A DNA stretch of 64,000 bases, taken from positions 806,001 to 870,000 of the forward strand of contig JBLDXI010000026.1 of assembly GCA_047495785.1 (NCBI GenBank), in the 5' to 3' direction. Below the pieces are notes generated by a model that was not told the DNA's origin, made no database searches, and worked only from the letters and a program-made list of their open reading frames with translations. This document shows, piece by piece, positions 36,764 to 48,802 of this stretch (its first letter is position 1; each line of letters starts with the position of its first letter). This DNA is from Lepidodermella squamata (taxonomy: Eukaryota > Animalia > Gastrotricha). Both the position numbers and the translations under genes were made by a program.

Positions 36764-39139
36764 ATGAAGTTTACCTTGCCTGTGATACTATGTTTTGCCG
36801 TCACGATGGCGAAACGGGATACCAAACTGGTAATACCTGCTTTGATGCCTGTAAATGCCCAGGGTGTCCTAGGAATGCCCGCCTGTTACGCAGCCATGCG
36901 GGTCGTAACAGATCTTGTCAACGAGAGCCCCGATATTCTGCCCGATTATCGCCTGGAAGTTCAACCTATGGACGAAGGAGCAAATGCAGTCATGGCCTCG
37001 CGAAATATTTTCCCATTTGTTCGAAAATTCGAAGAGACCAGAAATCCTAACATCACTTTATCACCCATCGTCCTAGGTCCGACTGTCGCCTGCCAAAGCG
37101 TGACCTTCGCCGCCAAGAAATTAGGGCTATATCACTACTCTCAATCCTGCAATGGACCTTATTTGGTGGCTCGGAAGAATCTCTACACTAACCTGTATCG
37201 ATTCCTAATGCCGTCTGAATGGAATAAGGCTACAGCGATTTTGTTCCAGCTCAAAATCGGAGGTTGGCGACAGGCTGGAATTCTGACTAGCAACGTTAAT
37301 ATCAACGATTTCATCAATGCTCAGTCCTTACTCGGTCTATCAAACGTTAATGGCGTTGATATTGTCTCTTTCGAGATGGACGATGGTTCGATAGCGGATG
37401 AGACCATCCTTGCTATAAAGAAAAGCCAGGCTAGGGTGGTTACTCTGGTCCTATCGAGCGTTCAAAGCTGCTTGGCTTTCCTTTGTAAAACCCATCGATT
37501 CGGTATCAGAGCCCCTCAATACGCCTTCATTCTGCCATTCAGCTGTTTCTCCCCTCCAAATAGCCCATCCATAGCCTTTCCACCTCAATGTACGCGAGAA
37601 ATGTTGTATGACCAGATGAAAATCACGATTTGGTACGGGCTGTATCGTGGGACGATGCAGACGACTGAAACTACGTCATTAGGACTCGATTCAAGGGCAT
37701 TCACCCGAAGGATTGAGCAGGTTTTGAATTCGACTCGAGCTCCAGATGACGATAATCGACCGATTTGCTACGACATAGCCATGGCAGCTGTGATCACCTT
37801 AAATAACAGTGAAACTGAGCTTCGAAACCGGCACAACAAGTCTCTGAAAGACTTCTCCCTATCCCCAGATATTGTCTCAAACGTCGTCAATGAAACTTCG
37901 ACCAAGCTGGATGTGACAGGTTTCCGAATCGGGAAGCTGAAGTGGACGTCAGATCTCGAAGTTCTGAATGATCAGATTCTATTCGGGCAGTGGGATTTCT
38001 CGACTTCGGACATTCGAATGCTGTACAAGTTCCAACTGAAAGATGGAGCTTCGCCTATGCTGCTAGACTCTTTTGTCATGACCGAGTTCAAGAAACCAGT
38101 TTGGGCGACTAAATCCGGGTTACCACCTAAGGACCTATCCCAAGTCCTGTTCATACCGAAAAACTGTCCGAAACCAGCGTATGGCTCAATAACTGCATTA
38201 GCGATAATTGCAGCGATCGCTCAATCGATCCAAGCTACGTTTTGCGTGAAAAATCACGTGAAAGAAAGATTCTTCATACTCGCAATTTTTCTCGGCTGTA
38301 TCGTCTTAAATATGGCGGGTTTGATCCTAGTACTTGGCAATGAATTTTTCCAATTCGCCGAGTGTAAATTGCGAGTAGTCCTTACTACAATAGGACTCAC
38401 CCTAATCGATATAGGCCTGCTTAGCCGAGTGATTGATTTTGTGTACTACAAGAATTTAAAAACTCGACGAAACCCTAATGTCGCTGCGACAAAAGCAAGC
38501 GTTATTGGGACAAATAATTCGACCAATCGGCGATTATCTGTCGTATCCGGAAACCATCGTCGTAGCTCAATTATCTCGTCAACTCTGGTAACACCGAGAG
38601 CTACTTACAGAATATTGAAGTCCACCATTTTGTTTTCGATTTTCTTGGCTTTGAATTGTGCAATTCTTGTGGTTTGGCAGGGTGGCGTTGATCCAGTTGT
38701 TTTAACTCCGCAATCGTCGCCGCCACTTTATGACGAAAATTCGGACAGCTATTTCAGTTTCACCAGTTATTCTTGCCGATCGACTTATTTTGAATTTTGG
38801 CTCGGAGCTTTGCTGGCACTCCATGGCATTGTTTTGTTTTCGTCCTGCTTTTACGCCTATCGATTGGGCCACCTGGTAATTTCGTCCGAAATGGCGGCAG
38901 AAGCGAAAGCGCTGAAATTAGCTGTTGTGAATGTTACAGTCATGTTTTTCGCAACTGTTTTGCTTCTGATAATTTTTGCGTCTTCTGATCAGCCGGCTTG
39001 GGTGCCTAACGTCGTCCTAGCTGTTTCGGACCTGGCACTGTCAATAATTACATCTTCATTATTGTCATTTTTCATGATCAAAAATTCAACGGTTCAGGTG
39101 GCGGAAGAACACCATAAGCGAAGCACCTCCATTTCTTAA
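36764..39139 (+). CDS. Intronless class C GABA-B-like GPCR (791 aa)
   Basis: Signal peptide, VFT motifs (DILPDYRL, LGP, GW, ARVV, YAFILP, YD..A), PPKD linker, 7TM with W...DP and C.S..FWLG. Very short C-tail. Confidence 0.9.
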   Translation: MKFTLPVILCFAVTMAKRDTKLVIPALMPVNAQGVLGMPACYAAMRVVTDLVNESPDILPDYRLEVQPMDEGANAVMASRNIFPFVRKFEETRNPNITLSPIVLGPTVACQSVTFAAKKLGLYHYSQSCNGPYLVARKNLYTNLYRFLMPSEWNKATAILFQLKIGGWRQAGILTSNVNINDFINAQSLLGLSNVNGVDIVSFEMDDGSIADETILAIKKSQARVVTLVLSSVQSCLAFLCKTHRFGIRAPQYAFILPFSCFSPPNSPSIAFPPQCTREMLYDQMKITIWYGLYRGTMQTTETTSLGLDSRAFTRRIEQVLNSTRAPDDDNRPICYDIAMAAVITLNNSETELRNRHNKSLKDFSLSPDIVSNVVNETSTKLDVTGFRIGKLKWTSDLEVLNDQILFGQWDFSTSDIRMLYKFQLKDGASPMLLDSFVMTEFKKPVWATKSGLPPKDLSQVLFIPKNCPKPAYGSITALAIIAAIAQSIQATFCVKNHVKERFFILAIFLGCIVLNMAGLILVLGNEFFQFAECKLRVVLTTIGLTLIDIGLLSRVIDFVYYKNLKTRRNPNVAATKASVIGTNNSTNRRLSVVSGNHRRSSIISSTLVTPRATYRILKSTILFSIFLALNCAILVVWQGGVDPVVLTPQSSPPLYDENSDSYFSFTSYSCRSTYFEFWLGALLALHGIVLFSSCFYAYRLGHLVISSEMAAEAKALKLAVVNVTVMFFATVLLLIIFASSDQPAWVPNVVLAVSDLALSIITSSLLSFFMIKNSTVQVAEEHHKRSTSIS

Positions 39140-40411
39140 TTGGTGCCATTTATTTATTGTTTACCTGTCGAGTATCGACTGAAAATAAGCTCACATGAAA
39201 ATAATTGGTGGGTTTTATGGCGATGGGTAATAATAATTTTATGAATTTTTTAATAAAATTCGAACAGTTGTTAAGGAGGTTTTTTTCAACCAAATGTAGT
39301 AGAGAAGGGACACTTCTACCTTTGAGGCTCTAATTCTTATCGAATAGTTGGCAAGATGATAGATAATATCCGATTAATTCTGAAAAATTGCTTGTCCTTC
39401 TGGCTCTCTAGCGACATGAAATTTGAAATTTATCGAATTTTTAAGCGGCCCTTGGCGATTTTTCTAGGGGAAGAGGGATCTATTCGTTAACCCCTGTGTA
39501 GATTCCGATGCTGAATTCGGTTTCGCGTTCGTGCTATTATACTCTAATGCTTATCGTGAAGGAAAAATCGGCCCAAATTGGCAGGTGATTCACCTGAAAA
39601 TACAGGCACACAATCGGGTAACTTGGCGTATAAAAATGCGGGAGCGCAAACATTTATTTTTCTGATTTTCCTCGAAAACACAGGTGACAAGTTCTACAGT
39701 ACCTTATAAAGATAGGGTAGCTTCAAATCGACCTGTATTTTTTCCGAGGTTACAAGGCAGCATTTTGTAAAAGTTTTCTGAAATCGAAGGAAATTAGCAG
39801 GAATTCCAATAAATTTCGAAAAATTGCAAATTTTACTACCTTGGCTAGAATTCGTCACTTCAAAAGGTCACTCACACCCGCAATTTTTGCTAATAAAACC
39901 TAAATAATGACACTATAATGGCGCGTGCCCGAAATCCAGGTCACACCAAGCATTTTCTGGGGTAAAATCTCAAATTGATGGCCCGACGACGTCCTCTTTT
40001 CTTCATTAAGTTCAAATCGTCTTTATTTTTAGATTTTGAACTAGTTCCACAGACAATTTGCAGACAACACCGCACAATGCTTTATGTCCATTATTATGTT
40101 ATGTAACCGGCCGCTTTTCTAAAAATACGACTTGTTAAGAAAAGTGGGCCACATAACAAGCGGCAGCAGGTGAACAATTGATAATAATAATAATAACAAT
40201 AATCGGACAAGCTTTCATGCAACGTCAATAATAAAGCTAATGCGTAATGCTAATAAGAATAACAAGGCCGGAATGTGACCGCACGTGCTCATCCACGACA
40301 GCTATCATCGCTGTTTTCGTTTTGTTTAGTTTTGTTTAACCTCGTAAAATCGAACTCAGCATTATCGAGAGGGTACCGCGGGCTTTGTACGTTAATTTCT
40401 GACTGAAAAAA

Positions 40412-42225
40412 ATGAGCTATTCTGCCAATATTTTTTTCTTCAACCTCACCAATGCTGAGGAATTCTTCGTGAGTCTCGCATTGTCCGTAGCCATTCTTAT
40501 AAATTTGAGTAAGAGCTCTAAAATTTAAATCTTTCGAACTCTTAATTTTAAGATTATTTTTTTATTTTTCAGGTGCGATTGTGGTTTGGGTAATTCACAG
40601 CGTGATTTCGGATAGAAATATCGGCAAATGGACGTCTTCATCGCTGAGCTTATTCTGCCAGGATACAATGTCTTTGAAGTATTACCTAGCGGCAGTTTCC
40701 GGGATTTTCTTGTGTCTATTAATTATTTTAACGTTGAAATCCATCGGAGGTGGCTGGCAATTTTTCATCTCGGACTTGATCGGCGGTATAGCATTCAGTT
40801 TACTAGGTAAGTTTTTTTCTGTTGCTGAGAAATAAAGTCATTTTGATCAACTCGGTCTTCGAAAAATTAAGGCGGGTTTACTTTTGCGGCTTTTCTGCTG
40901 GGACGCAATTGCTGGCTTGTATGAAAATGATTAAAAAAATGGACGCTTCATCATAGCAACCGCTGCCAAGTTGCTAGTCTGTCGAGAAGAACTCGCTTCA
41001 TTAGATACTCATCCCGATCAGAGCGATCGAAGCGGCGTTTTCTCTTGTCAGCGATTTGATGACTCACCGAAAAAAATCGAATTTTCGGGCTGTTATATTT
41101 TAACTTGTTGAATGCAAGAAATCAATCAGTTCCAAATTTAGCGCGTGCGGAAAAATTCTATATTTTTTGTTTGCATAAGGTAAATTTTCCCAAAATTTGC
41201 TATCTCCAGTTTCTCGTTCTCCTTGAAATTGATTTTTTTATTGAAGTGATTAATATCCGATAGCTTTCTTATATTACGCCATCGGCCTTCATTTTTCGAG
41301 CAATATTTCATTCTGTCGAGCCGATATCGATTTCACAAACCATCGATCGTAGTATCGATATCGATAGCGATTTTATCAATCGGGGATTTTTCCGATTTTT
41401 CCAAGCCATTGAAGTCGAGTAAAAAGTTGTAGATGGAGGTAGTTGGAATAAAAAATCCTGTGATCATAGGATGCATCATATCGATCAGGAATATTTTTGC
41501 TTCGAAATCGCCTTTAGTCCGGAAAATCAACTTAAGAAAAGCGTAATATTGGTCGCCATAGGTTCGAAGCTCCCGTTTATTATTTTCTCAATAATTGTAA
41601 TGTAACAGAAATATTCAGTCAAAAATCATGAAGTTGGACTTTGCACGTAGTTAAAAATTTAGCTGATTTTCCGAAGCCGCGATGACCTCTCCTTAGTGTC
41701 ATCAAATTCACTTGTACATCTAGCTATAATTTTGTGATTTCTGATCATTTTTCCATCACAGGTGTATTTCCAACTAATTTCTCCGCCTCAAGTCCGTTGC
41801 TAATGGAATCTAAAAGAAAGACAAACAAGGCGATGGATGAAACCAGTCATGATGACGTCGATTCAAAGTTGGTATTATTCGGCAGAGCTACGGCATTTTC
41901 GAGAGAAACTTCACATTGGATTCATTTGATCGCCGGGCTTGTTGCGCTTCTTGAAATTTTGGCGTCAAACCTAGTTCGAAGCTTCGAAACCGATTCTGCG
42001 CTGCTTCGATTGCTGAGCCTGGTAGCTCTCATTATTTTCGTTACATTTGTTGTCCTGCAAAATTTGCAACTCTTTTTCTACCCGACTGCTGTCGACAGCA
42101 AGCTGCGGGGTAGCTTGTCCTTGGTCAGTATCCTACTTCAAGCTGTTTCCTTCGCGTTATTTGTCAGCAATCGATTGATGATTTTTATTCATGTTACCGC
42201 TATTGATTCCGGTTATTTTGTGTAA
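40412..42225 (+). CDS. Multi-pass membrane protein, possibly DUF998/Frag1-DRAM-like (264 aa; exons 40412-40508, 40573-40806, 41762-42225)
   Basis: In-frame GT-AG splicing and about six hydrophobic segments. GVFPT followed by H..H..A is reminiscent of the DUF998/Frag1 families; family call is tentative. Confidence 0.65.
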
Positions 42226-44148
42226 TTTTATGGTAATAAAAATGATACATAATCTATCGATTTTGATTACGCTTGGTAAGAGAAAAAATTATCTCTAATA
42301 GGATTTTTCACTTATTAATGGGAGATCTACTTTGCGAACTCCGGATTTGAAACCTTGAAGCAATTGATAGTGGAAAGGCTATTTAATCACATTCGGTAAA
42401 TTCCTTTAATATCTGCTGTACAGCCTGATGTTCCAGAAGTTGCGCAACTATTTTTCAATTGTTTGCCAACTTTTTATAGGAAATTCAACTAATTTTCTTA
42501 AATTAAACCTACTGAGAAAAAATTACATCTGTTATCCGCAATGTAGCCGAATGAATAAACATTTAGTGGAGAAAACCCGGAAAACCCCAATGGTAATTGG
42601 TTCGGTAATTTTCGGTATTTGGACCAAATTTCTCCGGACCTTTTTTCATCCCATTACAAGTGACATACTTCATTACTATTCTCGTTGTTTTTTTTTAATT
42701 TTTCTGGCACTTCGTCTCTCATTTTGGATGATAAGCTAACTTGGATGATAAAAATTCATTCTAAATCAGCTGATAAAAATAGTATAGTTTAGCTGTGAAA
42801 AAGCTGCTTGCCACAGCATGATAGGTATTGCTGACTAAAACTGAGCTGGCAAACATTCGAAGGAAAAATATACAAATAAATTTGCAAGTAAATTAGCCAT
42901 CACCTCACCGACCTTGGTCTCAAATTAGAACTTGAAATTGATTGAGATGAGGCTGATTTTTTCAACATTCAAAAAACGTGATGTTTTCTAAAGCAACCCC
43001 ACGTTACGGTAACTTGACCTTTTGAAGAAAAAAAGATCGAGCTCTCATTTACCTCACTCTCATAATTAAAGTTGAGCAGCCGAATAACGGATGAGAGATG
43101 AGAAGATATAAATAATTTGGAATAGCAGACTATCCGTTGATGAATGATCTTCCTAATAAGTATCCAATCAACATCCGTTCTCTGTGCCAATTAAAATTTA
43201 ATTTTGGATTTGAAATTGTTCATTTTAGACAATAAGGGAATATTCGATATCTAGCCATAGAGAAATAAAATCCCCCACCCCCTCCCACCCCCTGTTTAGC
43301 AGAGAGAGCATTTCTCCATGGCTATTGCTATTCCTACGTGCGTGCAATCTGGAGCCACGTTTTGGGATATTAAGGAGGCATTCCGATGTGAAAATATCAT
43401 AAAATATTTGAAATAAAAAGTCTACCTAGAAACTTGCATAGAGCCATAGAGAAATTAAATTTCCCTATAAGGCACAATTTTACCATGCGCTTGTATAGGA
43501 ATAGCCCAAGGGATGGGTCGCCACTTCGGCATTTCAGGTTTAAATTGGGAGAGGACGAAAAACCATTGAATTCTTTTAATTAAACAGCTTTACTATAAAA
43601 GCTGTTTATAAATAGCGACGGTTCCTTTTTCGTCCGACTCAAGAAAGTGTCGGAAAATCGAGTGCCACTATATTGGGTGGCACTGTCTTGGCTCGTGTAG
43701 ATATTAATTTTCTCGTTCATGATCTTCATTTATTAGGTGGTCTTCAGTTCTAAGAGACACTTTCGAAAATTAAAAACGCATGTCTCCTCTAATTTATTTA
43801 ACAAAGTAGTCCGAGGCTGCAGTCCGTCCTTGGTTCAGCAATACTATTTGTGGCCTCCGGACTTGGATTCACGCACAATCCAGCTCAAAATTGGCCATTT
43901 CAATTAGCGAGAAAGCAGACGTAGCACATCTACTTTTTTGAAATTCACATTATATAATTCAGGAAATAATGATGACTGAGTTTGAGACATTTCCTACAAA
44001 ACCCACCGTCGAACTCACGTGCCGTGGGAATTTTAAACATCCGGCTCGTGTTGCCTTTTCATAGGAATAAAAATATTCAATAATTTTTCTTAATTTTCAT
44101 AATTTTTTCCATTTTGAATTTTTAAGATTTTTCGTGAATTTGATTAGG

Positions 44149-46482
44149 ATGAAGTTTATATTGCCAGTGATACTTTTATTTACCGCCACGATGGCAAAAC
44201 GGGATACAAAACTGGTAATACCAGCTTTGATGCCTGTAAATGAAAAGGGTGTCCTAGGAATGCCGGCCTGTTACGCAGCCATGCGTGTCGTAACTGATGT
44301 CGTCAATGAAAGCCCCGACATACTAACGGATTATCAACTGGAAATTCAGCCCATCGACGAAGGAGCAAGTGCAGTTATGGCCTCTCGCAATTTCTTCCCG
44401 CTCCTGCGAAAATTCGAGGAAAATAGGTCACCCAATGCCACCTTGGCGCCTATTGTCCTCGGCCCAACTGTCGCCTGCCAAAGTGTCACCTTTGGCCTAA
44501 GAATGACAGGATTCACTGAATTTTCTCAGTCCTGTAACGGTCCTTACCTAGTGGCAAGGAAGAACCTGTTTACTAACCTGTACCGATTCCTAATGCCATC
44601 TGAATGGAATAAGGCTACAGCGATTTTGTTCCAGCTCAAAATCGGAGGTTGGCGCCAGGCTGGAATTCTGACCAATAACATCAACGCAAATGACTATTTG
44701 AATGCCCAATCCTTACTAAGAATGTCATCGGCTAACGGTCTTGATATCGTTTATTACGAAATGGACGATGGCTCGATAACTGATGAAACCATCCTTACCC
44801 TGAAGAGAAGCCAAGCTAGGGTAGTTGCTTTGGTCCTATCGAGTGTCCAAAGTTGCTTGGCTTTCCTTTGTAAAACACATCGATTCGGTATCAGAGCCCC
44901 TCAATACGCCTTCATTCTGCCATTCAGCTGTTTCTCCCCACCAAACAGCCCATCCATAGCTTTTCCACCGCAATGTACACGAGAAATGTTGTATGACCAG
45001 ATGAAAATTACGATTTGGTACGGGCTGTATCGTGGGACGATGCAGACGACTGAAACTACGTCATTAGGCCTCGACTCAAGGGCATTCACCCGAAGGATTG
45101 AGCAGGTTTTGAATTCGACTCGAGCTCCAGATGACGATAATCGACCGATTTGTTATGACGTAGCCATGGCAGCTGTAGTCACCCTGAATAACAGCGAAAG
45201 TGAGCTTCGAAACCGGTACAACAAGTCTCTGAAAGACTTCTCGCTGTCTCCTGATATTGTCTCCAGCGTCGTCAATGAAACCTCGACCAAGCTGGACGTG
45301 ACTGGTTTTCGAATCGGGAAGCTGAAGTGGTCGTCAGACCTTGAAGTCCTAAACGATCAGATTCTATTCGGGCAGTGGGATTTCTCGATTTCGGACATTC
45401 GAATGCTGTACAAGTTCCAGCTGAAAGATGGAGCTTCGCCAATGCTGCTGGACTCTTTCGTCATGACTGAGTTCAAGAAACCAGTCTGGGCGACTAAATC
45501 CGGCTTTCCACCTAAGGACCTATCCCAAGTTCGGTATATACCCGAAAATTGCCCGAAACCTGTCTATAGTGCAATAACTGGTCTCGCAATTTTCGCCTCG
45601 GTTTTCCAAGCAATCAAAGCCAAAATTAGCATGAGGAAAAGTCTAGGAAAGAAGTTTCAACTAATCGTGATATTCGGAGGATGCATTGTCTTGAATTGTG
45701 CTAGTTTGATCCTTGTACTCGGCAACGAATTTTTCCAAGGCGAGGAGTGCAAATTAAGGGTGATCCTAACAACTATTGGCTTCACGTTGATCGACCTCGG
45801 CCTGTTCAATCGAGTCATCGATTTTGTTTACTTCACAAATTTGAACTTAAAGCACCGAAATTCACGCAAAAGCTCCTCGAGGCCAAGCCTGAAATCTCGT
45901 TTCATCAACATTAATAACCAAAACCACCGCGCCTCGATAATGTCCCAAATCACAGGCACCCCTCCAAAATCTGGACTGTGGAAACTGCATACGTTTTGTT
46001 TAATTTTCGGCTTAATAATTGCTTCGATTCTCGTAATATGGTTATCTGGCGTTGATCCTGTCGTCATGGATCGAAAATCCTCGCAACCCATCTACGACGA
46101 TAATTCTGACGGGTACCTGAGTTTCACCAGTTATTCATGCCGTTCTAATTATTTTGAGTACTGGCTCGGAGCTCTGTTGGCTTTGCATACGATACTGCTA
46201 ATTTTAACTTGTTTTTACGCCTATCGTCTGGGTCACCTTTCCATTCCGAGTAGATACGTTCAGGAGGTGAAGGCGGTGAAATTGGCTGTTGTAAATGCGA
46301 CCGTTCTGTTTTTCGCTTCAGTTCTTTTGCTGATTATTTTCGCGTCGTCTGATCAGTCAGGCTGGGTCCCGAATCTAGTACTCTCGGTGTCGGATTTAGC
46401 CATGTCTCTTGCGACAAGCTCATTGATTTTCTTCATAATTATAAGAAGATCAAGCTCCACGGTGAACTTTCCTGAAGATTAA
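44149..46482 (+). CDS. Intronless class C GABA-B-like GPCR, paralog of 36764-39139 (777 aa)
   Basis: Long ORF with near identity to the previous copy across much of the VFT domain. Confidence 0.9.
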   Translation: MKFILPVILLFTATMAKRDTKLVIPALMPVNEKGVLGMPACYAAMRVVTDVVNESPDILTDYQLEIQPIDEGASAVMASRNFFPLLRKFEENRSPNATLAPIVLGPTVACQSVTFGLRMTGFTEFSQSCNGPYLVARKNLFTNLYRFLMPSEWNKATAILFQLKIGGWRQAGILTNNINANDYLNAQSLLRMSSANGLDIVYYEMDDGSITDETILTLKRSQARVVALVLSSVQSCLAFLCKTHRFGIRAPQYAFILPFSCFSPPNSPSIAFPPQCTREMLYDQMKITIWYGLYRGTMQTTETTSLGLDSRAFTRRIEQVLNSTRAPDDDNRPICYDVAMAAVVTLNNSESELRNRYNKSLKDFSLSPDIVSSVVNETSTKLDVTGFRIGKLKWSSDLEVLNDQILFGQWDFSISDIRMLYKFQLKDGASPMLLDSFVMTEFKKPVWATKSGFPPKDLSQVRYIPENCPKPVYSAITGLAIFASVFQAIKAKISMRKSLGKKFQLIVIFGGCIVLNCASLILVLGNEFFQGEECKLRVILTTIGFTLIDLGLFNRVIDFVYFTNLNLKHRNSRKSSSRPSLKSRFININNQNHRASIMSQITGTPPKSGLWKLHTFCLIFGLIIASILVIWLSGVDPVVMDRKSSQPIYDDNSDGYLSFTSYSCRSNYFEYWLGALLALHTILLILTCFYAYRLGHLSIPSRYVQEVKAVKLAVVNATVLFFASVLLLIIFASSDQSGWVPNLVLSVSDLAMSLATSSLIFFIIIRRSSSTVNFPED

Positions 46483-47120
46483 TTCAGACTGTTTTAGTCT
46501 GGAATTTTCTCGCGCTTTACTCATTTTCGTTGATTGATTTTTTAATTTCTTGCGTGTAACGTAATTTTTTTTAATTTATCAGTGAATTTTTGAGGCGTGG
46601 AGAAATCCCGATTTTAAAGTGTAAATAATAATAAATGGAATTAATTGTTTTCATAAATTTAAAAAAAATTTGTGCATATATGTACACCTGCATGTGTCGA
46701 AATTTTCACGAATTTTCGAAGGTTTATTGACAAGCTTTATCGCACTCTATAGCGAAAAGTTAACATGTCCTATTCGAGACACAGCTGGCAGCAAAATCGT
46801 ACCCAAGCTCCACTTATCTTAAAAAAATATTGCAGTGAGATAAAAAATTCATTGTCACCGACATATTTCGAGACATGCTCCATGGTAACGAACCCATAAC
46901 ATTTTCGATCAGTTTTTGATAAATCATTCATGAAGTACGAAATGTTCACCGAATTCAGACGAGCAGATAAACTTGTTTATGAGTTATGCTTTTTCCAGGT
47001 TAACGTGCAATCAAAATGTTTTACGCCAATATCGTGCACTCAACGAAAGAGGTCACATTAAGGAGGTCACCGCACGACATATAATTTTATTTCCAAGAAG
47101 AAGATATCACTTAAAAAGCG

Positions 47121-48592
47121 TTAATTATTTGTGCTCGAAACTAGGTCATCATCGTGCAGCCGACCTGCTTCTGTTAGAGTAGCTGTCACGTCGGATTTAT
47201 GGCGTGATGGCGGGGATAGTGTGTCTCTTTTTCCAGCGTCATAATAGCAACCGGCAATTTTTGCGATCAACAATCGGCGGAAATTGCTGTTGCATAAGAA
47301 ATAGATGAAAAAATTGCCGCTATATTCGATGGCGCTGGTCACCATTTGCAGGTGCATTGCATGCCGCAGAAATTTCAAGTCGACAATGTCGTATCGTTCC
47401 CAGAACATGGCCTTAGTAATTGGATTGAAGAGGGTTGCCTGGAAAATTTGTATAAATAATAAGGTCTTGAATCATCCGCCTTGAAAATAGGTATATTCAG
47501 AAATAAAAAATGGTCTTACAACAAGCTCTCCACCGATTGCGATGAAAGTTGCAGCAATGATAGTCAGCGTTAACTTTCTTTGCTGCTGTTGATGCTTCAA
47601 AATCAGGCGCTTTTCTCCTCCATTCGATTCGCGTTTCGAGTAGGAAGATCGATAGACTGTCGTTAGCAGCAATAGATTTATGGCCATCAGCGTAATTAGT
47701 GAACCTGAGACATTTTAAGAAAAAATGTGAAGAAATCACACATTTCAGTGGAGAAACTCGAAAATTGAAAAATACACCTTAATTAAATGTATAGAACAAT
47801 ATTTAGCGGTAAAGCTTTGGAATTATAACTGTAACAAAGAGTATAGAACCATTTTATCAAGTCAAAAATCGAATTTTGCTCAGAAAACTAATTTTTTTCG
47901 ATTTTTGGCTATTTATTTTTTGAAAATTAGCGGGTAAATTTGGCCGCTCATTTGCATATGCAAATTCTTCATTAGTTTGAAAATAATTTACCCATATTGT
48001 AAATGATGAATCTGACGGCTGAATAAATGAAGAAGTAGAAATCAAAACGGCTCGTAAAACGATAAGCCGAGCATTTCGACGGCGGTTTCGAGCCATAAGC
48101 TATCATTCTCGGAAAATTCAAAATCGTCACGATGCCCAGAATCGCGAAACACTGCAGTTTTGTTCGATGTCTCATTGTCTCTAAATCGCAAATCTGCTTC
48201 GTCCGCCTAACAAACAAGTAACGCTCGACAGAATAGGCCACAGTGAAAACCAGCGATTGAGTGCATGACCAGCTCATAAGCGGCCATATGAAATAGGACC
48301 ACACCGGATAGGTCCAGGCAGCTCCGTAGAAGTGCATGCCGAAAATGACCCATAAGCCTTGCGCGACCAAAGTTGCCATTTGAATAGCGGCTAGAAACGT
48401 CAAGTAGACATACGTCGGCGATTTGAAGTGCTTTTCATCGCGTAAAATCGCGAAATTACACGCATTTCCGAAAAATCCGACGACGTGAAAAATCGGCAGG
48501 CAATAGCCGAGAATTATGGTGATTACCGGATAATTTTCTGGCGACGATTTGACGCAAGTTGAATTTTCGAAACCTGAGAAATTCGACGCCAT
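47121..48592 (-). CDS. Class A GPCR copy E (exons 48592-47992, 47704-47520, 47438-47121)
   Basis: FKSPTYVYL, WPLMSWSCTQS, YSVERY, NFPR and GNFFIY; intron positions conserved with the family. Confidence 0.87.
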
Positions 48593-48802
48593 GTTTTTCT
48601 TAAAAATGATCAACCTTTTCGAAACGGAATTTTGTTTGACCTTAAGTATGCACGTGATGTTCTCACAAAGACACTATTATTACCCCGCATCGCGATTTTT
48701 TTGCCCAAATAAAAAACAGTGGACATATATCGACCACATTAGGGCGCGTGATTTCATGCTTTTATGACCTTTCATCCGTGTTTTTATTTCAGATTTATGA
48801 AA

